Below, piece by piece: positions 25,425 to 35,157 of a DNA stretch of 64,000 nt. The stretch covers positions 719,396 through 783,395 of the forward strand of contig JAEUKT010000002.1 in NCBI GenBank assembly GCA_016794125.1, in the 5' to 3' direction. The first letter of the stretch is position 1. Every line of letters begins with the position of its first letter. The position numbers were made by a program, and so were the translations under genes. The DNA comes from Alphaproteobacteria bacterium (GTDB lineage: Bacteria > Pseudomonadota > Alphaproteobacteria > Micavibrionales > UBA2020). The notes beneath the pieces are model-generated. The model was not told the origin of the DNA. It saw nothing but the letters and a program-made list of their open reading frames with translations, and made no database searches.

Positions 25425-26444
25425 ATGTTCGACCAAGTCAACCAGATCCCCGCACTCGCCTTCACCCCCGCCGTCGCGCGCGAAACCGCGCCGCTGTACG
25501 AAAAGGTCAAGCGCGTCGTCAACGAGCTGGACTGGGCGACCTATGCGCCTTACATCCTCGAAATCAACCGCCTGAAAAAAGAAATGGGCGCGGTTGTGCT
25601 GGCGCATAACTACATGACGCCTGAAATTTTCCATTGCGTGTCCGATTTCGCCGGCGACTCCCTTCAGCTCGCACAGCAGGCCGCGAAAACCGAAAGCCAG
25701 CTGATCATTCAGGCGGGCGTACATTTCATGGCCGAAACCTCCAAGATCCTCAGCCCTGAAAAAACCGTCCTGATCCCCGACATGAAGGCCGGCTGCTCGC
25801 TCGCATCCTCCATCACCGCCGCCGATGTGCGCCTGCTGCGCCAGAAATTCCCGGGCGTGCCGATCGTGACCTATGTGAATACCTCCGCCGATGTGAAGGC
25901 GGAATCGGATATCTGCTGCACCTCCTCCAACGCGCTGAAAATCGTTGAATCGCTGGAAAGCGACACGGTGCTGATGATCCCCGACCAGTTCCTCGCCCGC
26001 AACATTGCGAAACAGACGAAAAAGAAAATCCTCACCTGGCAGGGTGCCTGCGAAGTGCATGAACGCTTCACCGCGAACGACATCATCAAATTCCGCAAGG
26101 CCTATCCGGGCGCGATGGTGCTGGCGCATCCCGAATGCCCGCCCGAAGTCTGCGCGGAAGCCGATTTCAGCGGCTCGACCAAGGCGCTCGCCGATTACGT
26201 GACCGAAAAACAGCCCAAGAAAGTCGTGCTGATCACCGAATGCTCGATGTCCGACAACATTTCGGCCAATAACCCGAACGTCGAATTCCTGCGCCCCTGC
26301 AACCTGTGCCCGCACATGAAACGCATCACGCTGCCGAAGATCCTGCAGTCGCTGCAAACCCGCACGACCGAAGTGCATGTCGACCCCGCGATGGGCCTGC
26401 TGGCCAAACGCGCCGTCGACCGCATGCTGGAAGCGTCGAAGTAA
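25425..26444 (+). CDS. nadA: Quinolinate synthase NadA
   Basis: Canonical NadA pattern (VLAHNYM..E.. ; [12 protein letters not shown] ; CSL ; TYVNTSA.VKA..D.CCTSSNA ; HPECP). Confidence 0.9.
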   Translation: MFDQVNQIPALAFTPAVARETAPLYEKVKRVVNELDWATYAPYILEINRLKKEMGAVVLAHNYMTPEIFHCVSDFAGDSLQLAQQAAKTESQLIIQAGVHFMAETSKILSPEKTVLIPDMKAGCSLASSITAADVRLLRQKFPGVPIVTYVNTSADVKAESDICCTSSNALKIVESLESDTVLMIPDQFLARNIAKQTKKKILTWQGACEVHERFTANDIIKFRKAYPGAMVLAHPECPPEVCAEADFSGSTKALADYVTEKQPKKVVLITECSMSDNISANNPNVEFLRPCNLCPHMKRITLPKILQSLQTRTTEVHVDPAMGLLAKRAVDRMLEASK

Positions 26445-26472
26445 TAACAAGAAGAAAAAAAGGACTACCGCC

Positions 26473-28071
26473 ATGACCGCAGAAATCAAAGACAAAGCAG
26501 ACGTCGTTATCGTTGGATCGGGCGCTGCCGGATTGTTCGCAGCATTGACGCTGGCACCCCGCCGCGTATTGGTGCTCTCCGAAAAGCCCCTCGGCGGCGT
26601 TTGCGCTTCGGCCTGGTCGCAGGGCGGTATCGCGGCGGCGGTCGCGCCCGAAGACACCACCGAAAGCCATGTCGCAGATACCCTGAAGGCTGGCGCAGGC
26701 ATCACCGATGTCGATGTCGCGCGTACGCTGGTAGAAGCTGCCCCAAAATACATCGAACTGCTGGATAAATACGGCGTAAAATTCGAGCGCGACGAAAACG
26801 GCGCATATAAACTCTCCCGCGAAGCCTGCCATGCCCGCCGCCGCGTCTTGAAGGCCGCAGCCGGCGACGGTTTCGGCGCCGAAATGATGCGCGCACTGGT
26901 CGAAGCCGTGCGCAACACCCCCTCGATCGTCTATGTCGAAGGTGTTTCCGCCGAACGCCTTGTCCGCCGCGACGGCGCGACGATGGGCGCGGTGCAGGGT
27001 GTCCTCTGCCGCCGTCTTGCCGATGGCAAAGCGGTTGTTTATGCCGCTCCCGCCGTGCTGCTGGCGACCGGCGGTCTCGGTGGCCTGTTCGCCGCAACAT
27101 CGAACCCCTTGCATGCGGTCGGCCGTGGCGTTGCGATGGCGGCGCGCGCGGGCGCGGTTCTGTCCGACCTCGAATTCGTGCAGTTCCACCCGACCGTGCT
27201 GGATATCGGCGAAGATCCCGCCCCCTTGGCGACCGAAGCGCTGCGCGGCGAAGGCGCATACCTTGTCAACTCGCGCGGCGAGCGCTTCATGCTGGATTAC
27301 CATGAAGCAGCCGAACTCGCCCCCCGCGACGTTGTCTCGCGCGGCATCTTCGCGCAAATTCAAAAGGGCCAAAAAACCTATCTGGACTGCCGCCATATCG
27401 ATACCGCGCATTTCCCTGCGCTGCTGCAGGCGGCTGGCCGCGCAGGATTGAACCCGAAACGCGACCTGATCCCCGTCATGCCCGCTGTGCATTACCACAT
27501 GGGTGGCGTTGCGACCGACCTGAACGGCCGCGCATCGCTGCATGGCTTGTGGGTGGCAGGCGAAGCCGCCGCAACCGGTCTGCATGGCGCGAACCGCCTT
27601 GCATCGAATTCGCTGATGGAAGCGATCGTGATGGGCGCGCGCGCTGCCGAAGATATCGCGGCGTTTGTCGCGAAGGGCCAGCCTGCGCCCCGCATCAACC
27701 TGTCTGACCTTCCGAAACTGCCCGCAGCCGACATGGACAACGAACGCCAACAGCTGCGCGACATCATGACCGACCTGGTCGGCGTGATCCGCAATGAACA
27801 GGGCATGAAGGACGCGATCCGCGAATTGTCCGTCATCGGCGCGAATGCCGAAACCCGCGACACCAAAACCGCCGATATGGCGCTGGTCGCCCGCATGATC
27901 GCTTCCTGCGCGCTTGCCCGCACCGAATCACGCGGCGGCCATTGCCGCGCCGATTACCCGATGCCGGTGAAAGCGTTCCAGAAACGCACCTTCACCACGC
28001 TGAAAGAGGTTGAAGGCATCACTGCGACCGCGCTACTCTCCCGCAAAGCCACGCGCGAAACCGCAGCCTAA
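26473..28071 (+). CDS. nadB: L-aspartate oxidase NadB
   Basis: Start at the ATG at 26473 (AAGGA 8 nt upstream). FAD-binding VVIVGSGAAGL and the NadB pattern (AQGGIAA, HPT, YHMGG, LWVAGEAA.TGLHGANRLASNSL, ESRGGH). Confidence 0.9.
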   Translation: MTAEIKDKADVVIVGSGAAGLFAALTLAPRRVLVLSEKPLGGVCASAWSQGGIAAAVAPEDTTESHVADTLKAGAGITDVDVARTLVEAAPKYIELLDKYGVKFERDENGAYKLSREACHARRRVLKAAAGDGFGAEMMRALVEAVRNTPSIVYVEGVSAERLVRRDGATMGAVQGVLCRRLADGKAVVYAAPAVLLATGGLGGLFAATSNPLHAVGRGVAMAARAGAVLSDLEFVQFHPTVLDIGEDPAPLATEALRGEGAYLVNSRGERFMLDYHEAAELAPRDVVSRGIFAQIQKGQKTYLDCRHIDTAHFPALLQAAGRAGLNPKRDLIPVMPAVHYHMGGVATDLNGRASLHGLWVAGEAAATGLHGANRLASNSLMEAIVMGARAAEDIAAFVAKGQPAPRINLSDLPKLPAADMDNERQQLRDIMTDLVGVIRNEQGMKDAIRELSVIGANAETRDTKTADMALVARMIASCALARTESRGGHCRADYPMPVKAFQKRTFTTLKEVEGITATALLSRKATRETAA

Positions 28072-28083
28072 GGAGATACCCGC

Positions 28084-28947
28084 ATGACCTCGCTTCCCGC
28101 ACCGCTGCCGATGGTGATTTTGGAACCTTTGGTGAAAATGGCGCTGGCCGAAGACCTTGGCCGTTCCGGCGATATCACCAGCAATTCGACCGTGCCCGCC
28201 GAAACGCGCAGTCGCGTCGTCATCGCCAGCCGCGAGGAAGGGCGCATCGCGGGGCTCGACCTTGCCGAGCTTGCCTTCAAGCTGGTCGACCCGACCCTCA
28301 GCGTCAAGCGCCTGAAACCCGAAGGCGCCGATGTGAAAAAGGGCGACGAGGTGATGGAGGTGGAGGGCAAGGCGCGCTCGATCCTGACCGCCGAACGTGT
28401 CGCGCTCAACTTCGTCGGCCGCATGTCGGGCATCGCAACCCTCACGCTGAAAATGGTGCGCGCGGTGGGCAACCACAAGGCGCGTATCGCGGCCACCCGC
28501 AAAACCACCCCCGGCCTGCGCGCGATTGAAAAATACGCGGTACAGGTGGGCGGCGGTATTCCGCACCGCTACGGCCTTGATGACGCGGTGCTGATCAAGG
28601 ACAACCATATCGCCATGGCAGGCGGCGTTAAAATTGCGATCCGCAATGCGAAACAAAATATCGGCCATACCGTGAAAATCGAATGCGAAGTCGACACCCT
28701 CGCCCAGTTGGAGGAAGTGCTGGAGGAAGGCGTCGATATCGTCATGCTCGACAATATGAGCCTTGATGACATGGTGGCAGCCGTGAAGCTGGTTGCTGGC
28801 CGCGCGGTGATCGAGGCTTCGGGCGGTGTCACGCTCGACCGCATCCCGAAAATCGCGGCAACGGGCGTTGACCTTATATCTTCGGGTGCCGTCACCCATA
28901 GCGCGCCCAATTTCGATGTGGGCCTCGATTACAAAACGGCTGCCTGA
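28084..28947 (+). CDS. nadC: Nicotinate-nucleotide pyrophosphorylase NadC
   Basis: NadC pattern (ERVALNF..RMSGIAT, TRKTTPGLR..EKYAV..GGG..HR.GL.D..LIKDNH, MLDNM, EASGG). Confidence 0.9.
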   Translation: MTSLPAPLPMVILEPLVKMALAEDLGRSGDITSNSTVPAETRSRVVIASREEGRIAGLDLAELAFKLVDPTLSVKRLKPEGADVKKGDEVMEVEGKARSILTAERVALNFVGRMSGIATLTLKMVRAVGNHKARIAATRKTTPGLRAIEKYAVQVGGGIPHRYGLDDAVLIKDNHIAMAGGVKIAIRNAKQNIGHTVKIECEVDTLAQLEEVLEEGVDIVMLDNMSLDDMVAAVKLVAGRAVIEASGGVTLDRIPKIAATGVDLISSGAVTHSAPNFDVGLDYKTAA

Positions 28948-29056
28948 TAACGCATTGATTTTGCCTATCTTTACACTGTAAACTCCCGGCATTTATGAAA
29001 AAATAACCTGTGTTTCGTAGAATAGGGGCACGCTTTGCCCTTATCAGGAGTTTTTC

Positions 29057-30718
29057 ATGGCTGATTCTGTCGCTCCGGCCCCCGTCACCGAAACGGGTTT
29101 TGACCCCGGAATGATCAACGAATTCAAAAAAGGCATTTTCTACCGCGACCCCGAGCGTGTGAAGCGTGCGCTGGAGGCGAAAGTCGAGGCCGATACGCCG
29201 GTCAAGGGCCGCCATCCGCTGCATATGCTGATCGGTTTCGACCACAGCGACATGCCCGAAGACATCCGCCGTTCCATCAGCGAAGACGATTTCGAAGCGC
29301 GCACAACCGCCATCGTCAACATGCTGTTCGACCACGGTGTGAAAGTGGCCGAACCAGAACGTTACACGACGCGCAATTACAGCGTGCTGGCCGACCGGTT
29401 GCTGCTGGCCGATAACCTGGCCGATCTTTCGACCGTCGTTGTCCATGCGATCGATGAATCGCTGGCGCAGGGCGGCAAGCCGTACCAGCCCGACCCGAAA
29501 AAAATCGTGCAGGCATCGTTGCAGGGCGCCGGTGAAAATATCGACATCATCGGCCATGTGAATTCGGTGCTGACCGCGCTGGAGCGTTTGCACAACACGG
29601 TCGTCGCGCGGCTGCAAAACCCCACATCGGAACTTGAAAAGCAGATTGTCGCGCAGCACGGCCCGCAAGTGCGTGAATTTTCCAAGCCGTTCCGCCGCCC
29701 GCCCGTGCGCAGCATCATCGAGGATTTGTTCCCGCAAGGGCAGGTGCCGCAGGAAATCGACGACGCGCTGACGCATATGAACGGCGCGTTCAGCGGCCGC
29801 GGCCGCAACACGCCCGGCGAATATGTGTCGCAGCTTGAAAAGAAAACGCCGCAGCAGGTGCTGAGCGAAATCAAGGAAACCTTCGTCGGACTGAACGAAT
29901 TGAAGAACGAAGCGCGCAGCCTTGTGTTCCGCCAGAGCTTCGATGCGGCCACCAAGGACACAGCGTCGCCCGACCGCGTCTATGGCGAGGTCATCATGGG
30001 CAATGAAGGTCTCGGCAAATCGGAATTCCTGCGCAAGAAAGCGGAACTGCTGGTCGCGCTCGACCTTGCAGGCGATAAATACGTCGAATTTTCGCAGCGC
30101 AATTCGGGTGCCGCCAGCATCGGCCTGCCGCCAAAAGCTTTGGCCGCAATCTTCGCGCAGGCCGACATCATCAATCTTGAAATTCCCGAACCCATCAATG
30201 ACGGCCGCCCCGATATCGCCGATTTCGGCAAGCGTTTGATCGGCGCGCTGCAGCTGTCGCTGGAAGGCCGGGAAAAACCGCCCGTGCTGCTGCTATCCGG
30301 CAAGCCCGAAACAATCGGCGAGCTGCTGGCGGCGAACCCCGCGCTGAAACCGCTGATCGGCGGCTATACGAAACTGGAAGACATGAAATCCGAAGACCTG
30401 TCGGAAATCCTGCAGCGCAAGCTGAAGGATGAATTCAAGCTGACGATTGCCCCCGATGCGCTGGAGCATATCCTTAAATCCGTCGAAAACACGCGCAAGG
30501 ATATCGGGTCGAAGGATTTCACCAACGCCTATGAAATCGCCAATATCGTGACGCGCCTGCCCGATGCGGTGGCGACGCGCGTATTGGGCGCGGATACGCC
30601 CGGCGATCCGCAAAGCCCGGAAAACCGCGTGGTGACGCTGGAGGATGCAAAATCTCTCAACCTGCGCAAGATACTGGCGGGACCGCTGCTGGCCAGGAAG
30701 CAGGGCATCGGTTTCTGA
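29057..30718 (+). CDS. CbbX/SpoVK-like AAA+ domain protein with an unknown ~280-aa N-terminal region
   Basis: Walker A GNEGLGKS. The C-terminal half parallels CbbX/SpoVK (PPVLLLSGKPETIGELLAANPALKPLIGGYTKLEDMKSEDLSEIL). The Walker B position reads IINLE, not hhhhDE. Confidence 0.55.
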   Translation: MADSVAPAPVTETGFDPGMINEFKKGIFYRDPERVKRALEAKVEADTPVKGRHPLHMLIGFDHSDMPEDIRRSISEDDFEARTTAIVNMLFDHGVKVAEPERYTTRNYSVLADRLLLADNLADLSTVVVHAIDESLAQGGKPYQPDPKKIVQASLQGAGENIDIIGHVNSVLTALERLHNTVVARLQNPTSELEKQIVAQHGPQVREFSKPFRRPPVRSIIEDLFPQGQVPQEIDDALTHMNGAFSGRGRNTPGEYVSQLEKKTPQQVLSEIKETFVGLNELKNEARSLVFRQSFDAATKDTASPDRVYGEVIMGNEGLGKSEFLRKKAELLVALDLAGDKYVEFSQRNSGAASIGLPPKALAAIFAQADIINLEIPEPINDGRPDIADFGKRLIGALQLSLEGREKPPVLLLSGKPETIGELLAANPALKPLIGGYTKLEDMKSEDLSEILQRKLKDEFKLTIAPDALEHILKSVENTRKDIGSKDFTNAYEIANIVTRLPDAVATRVLGADTPGDPQSPENRVVTLEDAKSLNLRKILAGPLLARKQGIGF

Positions 30719-30735
30719 TATAGCTCTTTCTTTCG

Positions 30736-30766
30736 AAAAAGCCCCTGTTTTGCAGGGGCTTTTTTG
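30736..30766 (+). terminator. Intrinsic terminator
   Basis: GCCCCTG-TTTTG-CAGGGGC followed by TTTTTTG. Confidence 0.7.
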
Positions 30767-30831
30767 TTGCGCGCGGGGGTTTTCAAACGCGGCGAAGGGG
30801 ATTATAGTCGGGCGGAAAGAACAAGAGCATC

Positions 30832-31653
30832 ATGTCCCCCGAAACATCGCCCCTTTATATCCTCGCATTGCTCGTCACGATTGGCGCGGCAGGCGGTTAT
30901 TTGTCGGGGCTGCTGGGCGTGGGCGGCGGCGGGCTTTTCGTGCCGGCGCTTTATTACACCATGACGGCCTTCGGCTTTGACGATTCCCATGCGATGCATA
31001 TTTCCGTCGCGACATCGCTGCTGATCGTTTTCGCGACCGGCAGCACCTCGGCGGTCGCGCATTACCGGCGCGGCGGCGTCGATGTGGCGCGGCTGAAATC
31101 ATGGGGGCCTTATATTTTGCTGGGCGTGCTGGTCGGCGCGTTTTTCGCCTCTGCCGTCAACGGCGCGATCCTCAAGAAAATTTTCGCCGTCATGACGCTT
31201 TTGATATCCGTCCAGATGGCGGTCGGTCGCGAACGGTCGGCGGAAAACCCGCTGGCATGGCTGACGGTGCGCGTGCAGCGCGCGCTGTGCGTTTTTGTCG
31301 GCGCGATTTCATCGATGATCGGCGTGGGCGGCGCGGTGCTGACCGTGCCGATGATGACGCATAGCGGCCTTGCCATGCAGCGCGCGGTCGGCACCGGCGC
31401 GGCGCTGGGCGTGATTATTTCATTGCCCGGTTCGCTGGGATTTGTGGCCGGCGGGCTGCTGAACGATATCGAAGGCCTGCCGCCTTATTCCATCGGCTAT
31501 GTGAACCTTGCGGCTGCGGCGGCGATCATCCCGACCGCCATGCTGATGGCGCCGGTCGGCGTTAAAATGTCGCATGCCATGCCGCGCCAGATGCTGCGGC
31601 GGGTTTTTGCCGTGGTGCTGGCAATCGTTTCCATCCGCATGTTCGTGAGCTGA
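30832..31653 (+). CDS. TSUP (TauE/SafE) family membrane transporter
   Basis: Polytopic membrane protein with the duplicated GGG-rich TM motif (GLLGVGGGGLFVPAL ... GVGGAVLTVPMM). Confidence 0.8.
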   Translation: MSPETSPLYILALLVTIGAAGGYLSGLLGVGGGGLFVPALYYTMTAFGFDDSHAMHISVATSLLIVFATGSTSAVAHYRRGGVDVARLKSWGPYILLGVLVGAFFASAVNGAILKKIFAVMTLLISVQMAVGRERSAENPLAWLTVRVQRALCVFVGAISSMIGVGGAVLTVPMMTHSGLAMQRAVGTGAALGVIISLPGSLGFVAGGLLNDIEGLPPYSIGYVNLAAAAAIIPTAMLMAPVGVKMSHAMPRQMLRRVFAVVLAIVSIRMFVS

Positions 31654-31658
31654 TAAAA

Positions 31659-32732
31659 ATGGCGCGCATGACCAATAAAAAAACGATGACAAAAGAAAAG
31701 AAAGAACCGTCGCAAAAACCCGTCGCGGCGTGGCTGTTCTTCTGCGCGGGCGCGGTGTTTTTAATGGCGGTTATCGGCGCAATCACGCGGCTGACGGAAT
31801 CCGGCCTGTCGATTGTACGCTGGGATCCGATTGCGGGCGCATTGCCGCCCATGGATGCCGAAGGATGGAACAAGGCCTTCGCCGCCTACAAGGAAAGCCC
31901 GCAGTATTTAAAGGTCAACAGCGGCATGGACCTTGAAGCCTTCAAGAAGATTTTCTTCTGGGAGTGGATCCACAGGTTGTGGGGCCGGCTGATCGGCGTG
32001 TTTTATGCGCTGCCGCTGGTGTTTTTCTGGGCGCGCATCCCGTCTGATCGCCGCATGGCGTTTATCGGCATTTTGTGCCTTGGCGCGCTACAGGGTTTCA
32101 TCGGCTGGTGGATGGTAAAAAGCGGCCTGGTGAATGAACCGGCGGTCAGCCATTACCGGTTGGCGGCGCACCTGATGCTGGCGGTGGTGATTTATGCCTG
32201 CCTGTTCCGCCTTGCGCTGGTGATCGGCTTGCGTCCGTCGCGTGACGCATCGAAACTGTCGGGCTTGCGCAAATTCACCAAGGCCTGCATCGGCGCGGTG
32301 CTGCTGACCATGACATGGGGCGCGTTCACGGCGGGGCTCGATGCGGGGCTTTTGTATGGCGACACATTCCCCTTCATGGGCGAAAATTTATGGCCGTCGG
32401 AAATGTGGCAGGTGCATCCGTTCTGGAAGGCGTTTTTCGCCGAACACGCAACCGTGCAGTTTACGCACCGTGTACTGGCCGTGCTGACATTCATTAAAAT
32501 CATGGTGCTGGTGAAGCGCGGCCTGCCGTTCAACCCGCCCGCGCGCATCCGGAAAATATTGATTGCGCTGGCGCTGGTGGCGACCGCGCAGGTGGGTCTT
32601 GGCATCGCAACCGTCATGACGCATGTGCATATCCATGTGGCGGCGACGCATCAGGCGGGGGCGCTGACGCTGCTGGCGCTGCTGGTCTGGCTGCTGCATG
32701 AAATCCCGCAAGCGCGGAAGGAAAAAACGTAA
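31659..32732 (+). CDS. ctaA: Heme A synthase CtaA/COX15
   Basis: COX15 pattern (GAITRLTESGLSIVRW.P..G..PP....W...F..YK.SPQY ; conserved His in HR..A motifs). The exact start is uncertain. Confidence 0.85.
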   Translation: MARMTNKKTMTKEKKEPSQKPVAAWLFFCAGAVFLMAVIGAITRLTESGLSIVRWDPIAGALPPMDAEGWNKAFAAYKESPQYLKVNSGMDLEAFKKIFFWEWIHRLWGRLIGVFYALPLVFFWARIPSDRRMAFIGILCLGALQGFIGWWMVKSGLVNEPAVSHYRLAAHLMLAVVIYACLFRLALVIGLRPSRDASKLSGLRKFTKACIGAVLLTMTWGAFTAGLDAGLLYGDTFPFMGENLWPSEMWQVHPFWKAFFAEHATVQFTHRVLAVLTFIKIMVLVKRGLPFNPPARIRKILIALALVATAQVGLGIATVMTHVHIHVAATHQAGALTLLALLVWLLHEIPQARKEKT

Positions 32733-32733
32733 C

Positions 32734-32973
32734 ATGGAACTGCCCGCCTTTATCGACCTCACGCAACAGCCGCTCTGGGCGTATTACATCGCGGTCGCGC
32801 TGATGATGGCGCCGGTCGTGCGCATTTTCATGCGTGCGGGGCTGCGTCCGTATGGCGCGCTGCTGATGCTGGTGCCGCTGGTCGGGTTTGTCATCGCGGC
32901 CTGCGCGCTGGCGTTCCAGAAATGGCCGGCCGCGCAGCCGCTGGTGCTAAAAAAACGGGAGAAAAAATCATGA
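32734..32973 (+). CDS. Small two-TM membrane protein (paralog A)
   Basis: ATG 1 nt after the ctaA stop. It shares R(A/S)G..PY.A.L...P.......AF..WP with the next gene. Confidence 0.55.
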   Translation: MELPAFIDLTQQPLWAYYIAVALMMAPVVRIFMRAGLRPYGALLMLVPLVGFVIAACALAFQKWPAAQPLVLKKREKKS

Positions 32974-33179
32974 TGCCCGCCGATTTCCTGCCCGACTGGG
33001 CGCGTTTTACGCTGGCCGGCATTTCCATTTTTGTGCTGATGGCGGCAACCGCCGTGATCGCCGCGCGCGCAGGCCGCAGCCCCTATTGGGCGGTGCTGAT
33101 CGTCATTCCCTATGCGCCCGTGCTGCTGGCATGGCTGTTCGCCTTTTCCCACTGGCCGAATGCGGACCGGAAGGCTTAA
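32970..33179 (+). CDS. Small two-TM membrane protein (paralog B)
   Basis: ATGA overlap with paralog A. Same motif: ARAGRSPYWAVLIVIPYAPVLLAWLFAFSHWP. Confidence 0.55.
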   Translation: MMPADFLPDWARFTLAGISIFVLMAATAVIAARAGRSPYWAVLIVIPYAPVLLAWLFAFSHWPNADRKA

Positions 33180-33830
33180 GTGACCCACGGCCGCCACGTC
33201 ATCATCCTGCACGGCCTTGGCATGAACCGGTTGTCGATGTCGGGCGTCGCGCGCCACCTGTCGAAGAACGGCTGGCATACGCATAACATTTCCTATCCGT
33301 CGCTGAACAAAGGTTTTGAAGAAATCGTCATCGACCATGTCGCGCCCGCGGTCGCCGCGATCGATGCCGACAGCATCGATTTCGTCGGCCATTCGATGGG
33401 CGGGCTGCTGATCCGGCTGTATGCGCTGCGTCACGGCAGTTTGCGCATCCACCGCGCCGTGATGCTGGGCACGCCCAATCACGGCAGCCAAGTGGCCGAT
33501 GTGATGCGCGGCTATGCGGCGTTCCAGTGGTTCGCGGGATCGGTCGGGCAGGGGCTGACGACCGCGACCGAAGGGATCCATGCGCAACTGCCGCCCGTCG
33601 ATTTCGACTGCGGCGTGATTGCGGGGGATAGCGGGTTTTTAAATCTTGGCACGACCTATCTGGCCGATATTCCGCGCCCGAATGACGGGATTGTCTCCGT
33701 CGAAAGCACTCGGGTTGCAGGCATGAAGGACCATATCGTGGTCGCAGCCGAACATTCACAGATGGTGCTGTCGCCCGCCGTCTGGCAGCTGACGGCGAAA
33801 TTCCTCAAGGACGGAAAATTTAAGGCTTAG
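33180..33830 (+). CDS. Alpha/beta hydrolase (lipase/esterase-like)
   Basis: Nucleophile elbow GHSMGG and N-terminal HG (IILHGLGMN). The GTG start abuts the previous stop. Confidence 0.7.
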   Translation: MTHGRHVIILHGLGMNRLSMSGVARHLSKNGWHTHNISYPSLNKGFEEIVIDHVAPAVAAIDADSIDFVGHSMGGLLIRLYALRHGSLRIHRAVMLGTPNHGSQVADVMRGYAAFQWFAGSVGQGLTTATEGIHAQLPPVDFDCGVIAGDSGFLNLGTTYLADIPRPNDGIVSVESTRVAGMKDHIVVAAEHSQMVLSPAVWQLTAKFLKDGKFKA

Positions 33831-34117
33831 CTGCCGGCCTTCACGGGGGCGGGCGGCTGCGGCGCGGGCTGGGCTGCGGGTGCCGCCTGTTGCGGCACGA
33901 CGACCTTGGCCTTGTGGCCCAGGAATTCGCCAATCAGTTCCGATCCCGTCCATTCCGCCACCTGCGCGCCGACTTTGTCTTTCGCGCTGTCGGGCGTGTA
34001 TTGCTGGTAGGACGCGTTCAGCGCCAGGCCGATGATCGCGACTTTCGCGAATTTCCACGCAAGGCTGCTGTTGCCGGGTTTTTTGGCGAAGGACGATTTT
34101 TCAAACGATTTGGACAT
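33827..34117 (-). CDS. Small hypothetical membrane-anchored protein
   Basis: GGGAG 9 nt before the ATG, one TM segment (WKFAKVAIIGLALNA) and a P/A/Q-rich tail. Confidence 0.5.
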   Translation of the reverse strand: MSKSFEKSSFAKKPGNSSLAWKFAKVAIIGLALNASYQQYTPDSAKDKVGAQVAEWTGSELIGEFLGHKAKVVVPQQAAPAAQPAPQPPAPVKAGS

Positions 34118-34218
34118 GGCTACACACTCCCGTTATTTGCATAAAACTGATCGCGGTACATTAGAACGGCGTTCGTTTTATGTCAAACAAAACAAAGCCG
34201 AGTAATTCACTATGCTTT

Positions 34219-35157
34219 TCAGTTATTTACGACCGAAAGGGTTGTAATGGTCGGGAAATGGTCGCTGCCGATATCGGGCCCGCGCCGGAAGCTGCGCACC
34301 TGCAGATTCGCCCCCGCCAGCACATGGTCGATGGGCAGATGCAGCAGCGGCGTCGGCAAAAAGACGGGGAAAGTGCCGCACAGCCCCTGGCCTTCGCGCG
34401 CGTTACGCAGGCCAAGCGCCTTCACCAGTTTTTTATAGGCGTAGCAATACGGTGTCGCGTTCAGGTCGCCCAGCACGACGATATTTTCGCGGCGCTGGCC
34501 GAAATGTTTTACCGCCATCGCGAATTCATGGTTGCGCGCGCGGATGTTCTTGTTCGGCGTTTCGGGGTGCATCGACAGGAATTCGATTTCCACGCCGTCA
34601 TGATGCAGGCGGAACGCCATGCTCAGGCTCGCCTTGCCGGCAAAGCTGAGATATTCATGCGACGCAAACGGCGTTTTCGACAGCACGGCCATGCCGTAGC
34701 GGTCGTCGCGCGGCTCCAGCAGTTGGTGCGGATATTCGTTTTGCAGGTCGCGGAACATCAGCGCGAATTTGCCGTTCACTTCGCAGGCCACGATCAGGTC
34801 GGGCTTTTCTTTTTCGACCAGCGATTTCAGTTTCGCCGTGTCCATGTTGCGCATCAGCACATTCGCCTGCAGGATTTTCAGCGGGCGGCCCTGTTCCTCC
34901 AGCGGTTCATGCATGCGGCCGAAGGACAGGTATCCCACCATCTGCGCAAGGCTCAGCAGCAGCGCGAGCGCCAGCAGGAAAAACACGTTCGGCATAGAAT
35001 ATACGGCGGCGGCGACCGGCACGGTCAGGATAGCGCCGATGGCGTATTGCAGCGGAAAATGGCTGGGCAGGTCGGTTTCATGGCGCGATATGCGCAGATA
35101 GGGCGTGAGGCTCGCGAAGAAAAGCAGCAGCGCGACAATGAAAACAAGAACCGTCAT
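34219..35157 (-). CDS. Membrane-anchored endonuclease/exonuclease/phosphatase (EEP) family protein
   Basis: N-terminal TM helices plus the EEP pattern (LKILQANVL..N ; VVLGDLNATP ; PIDHVL ; GSDHFP). Confidence 0.75.
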   Translation of the reverse strand: MTVLVFIVALLLFFASLTPYLRISRHETDLPSHFPLQYAIGAILTVPVAAAVYSMPNVFFLLALALLLSLAQMVGYLSFGRMHEPLEEQGRPLKILQANVLMRNMDTAKLKSLVEKEKPDLIVACEVNGKFALMFRDLQNEYPHQLLEPRDDRYGMAVLSKTPFASHEYLSFAGKASLSMAFRLHHDGVEIEFLSMHPETPNKNIRARNHEFAMAVKHFGQRRENIVVLGDLNATPYCYAYKKLVKALGLRNAREGQGLCGTFPVFLPTPLLHLPIDHVLAGANLQVRSFRRGPDIGSDHFPTITTLSVVNN

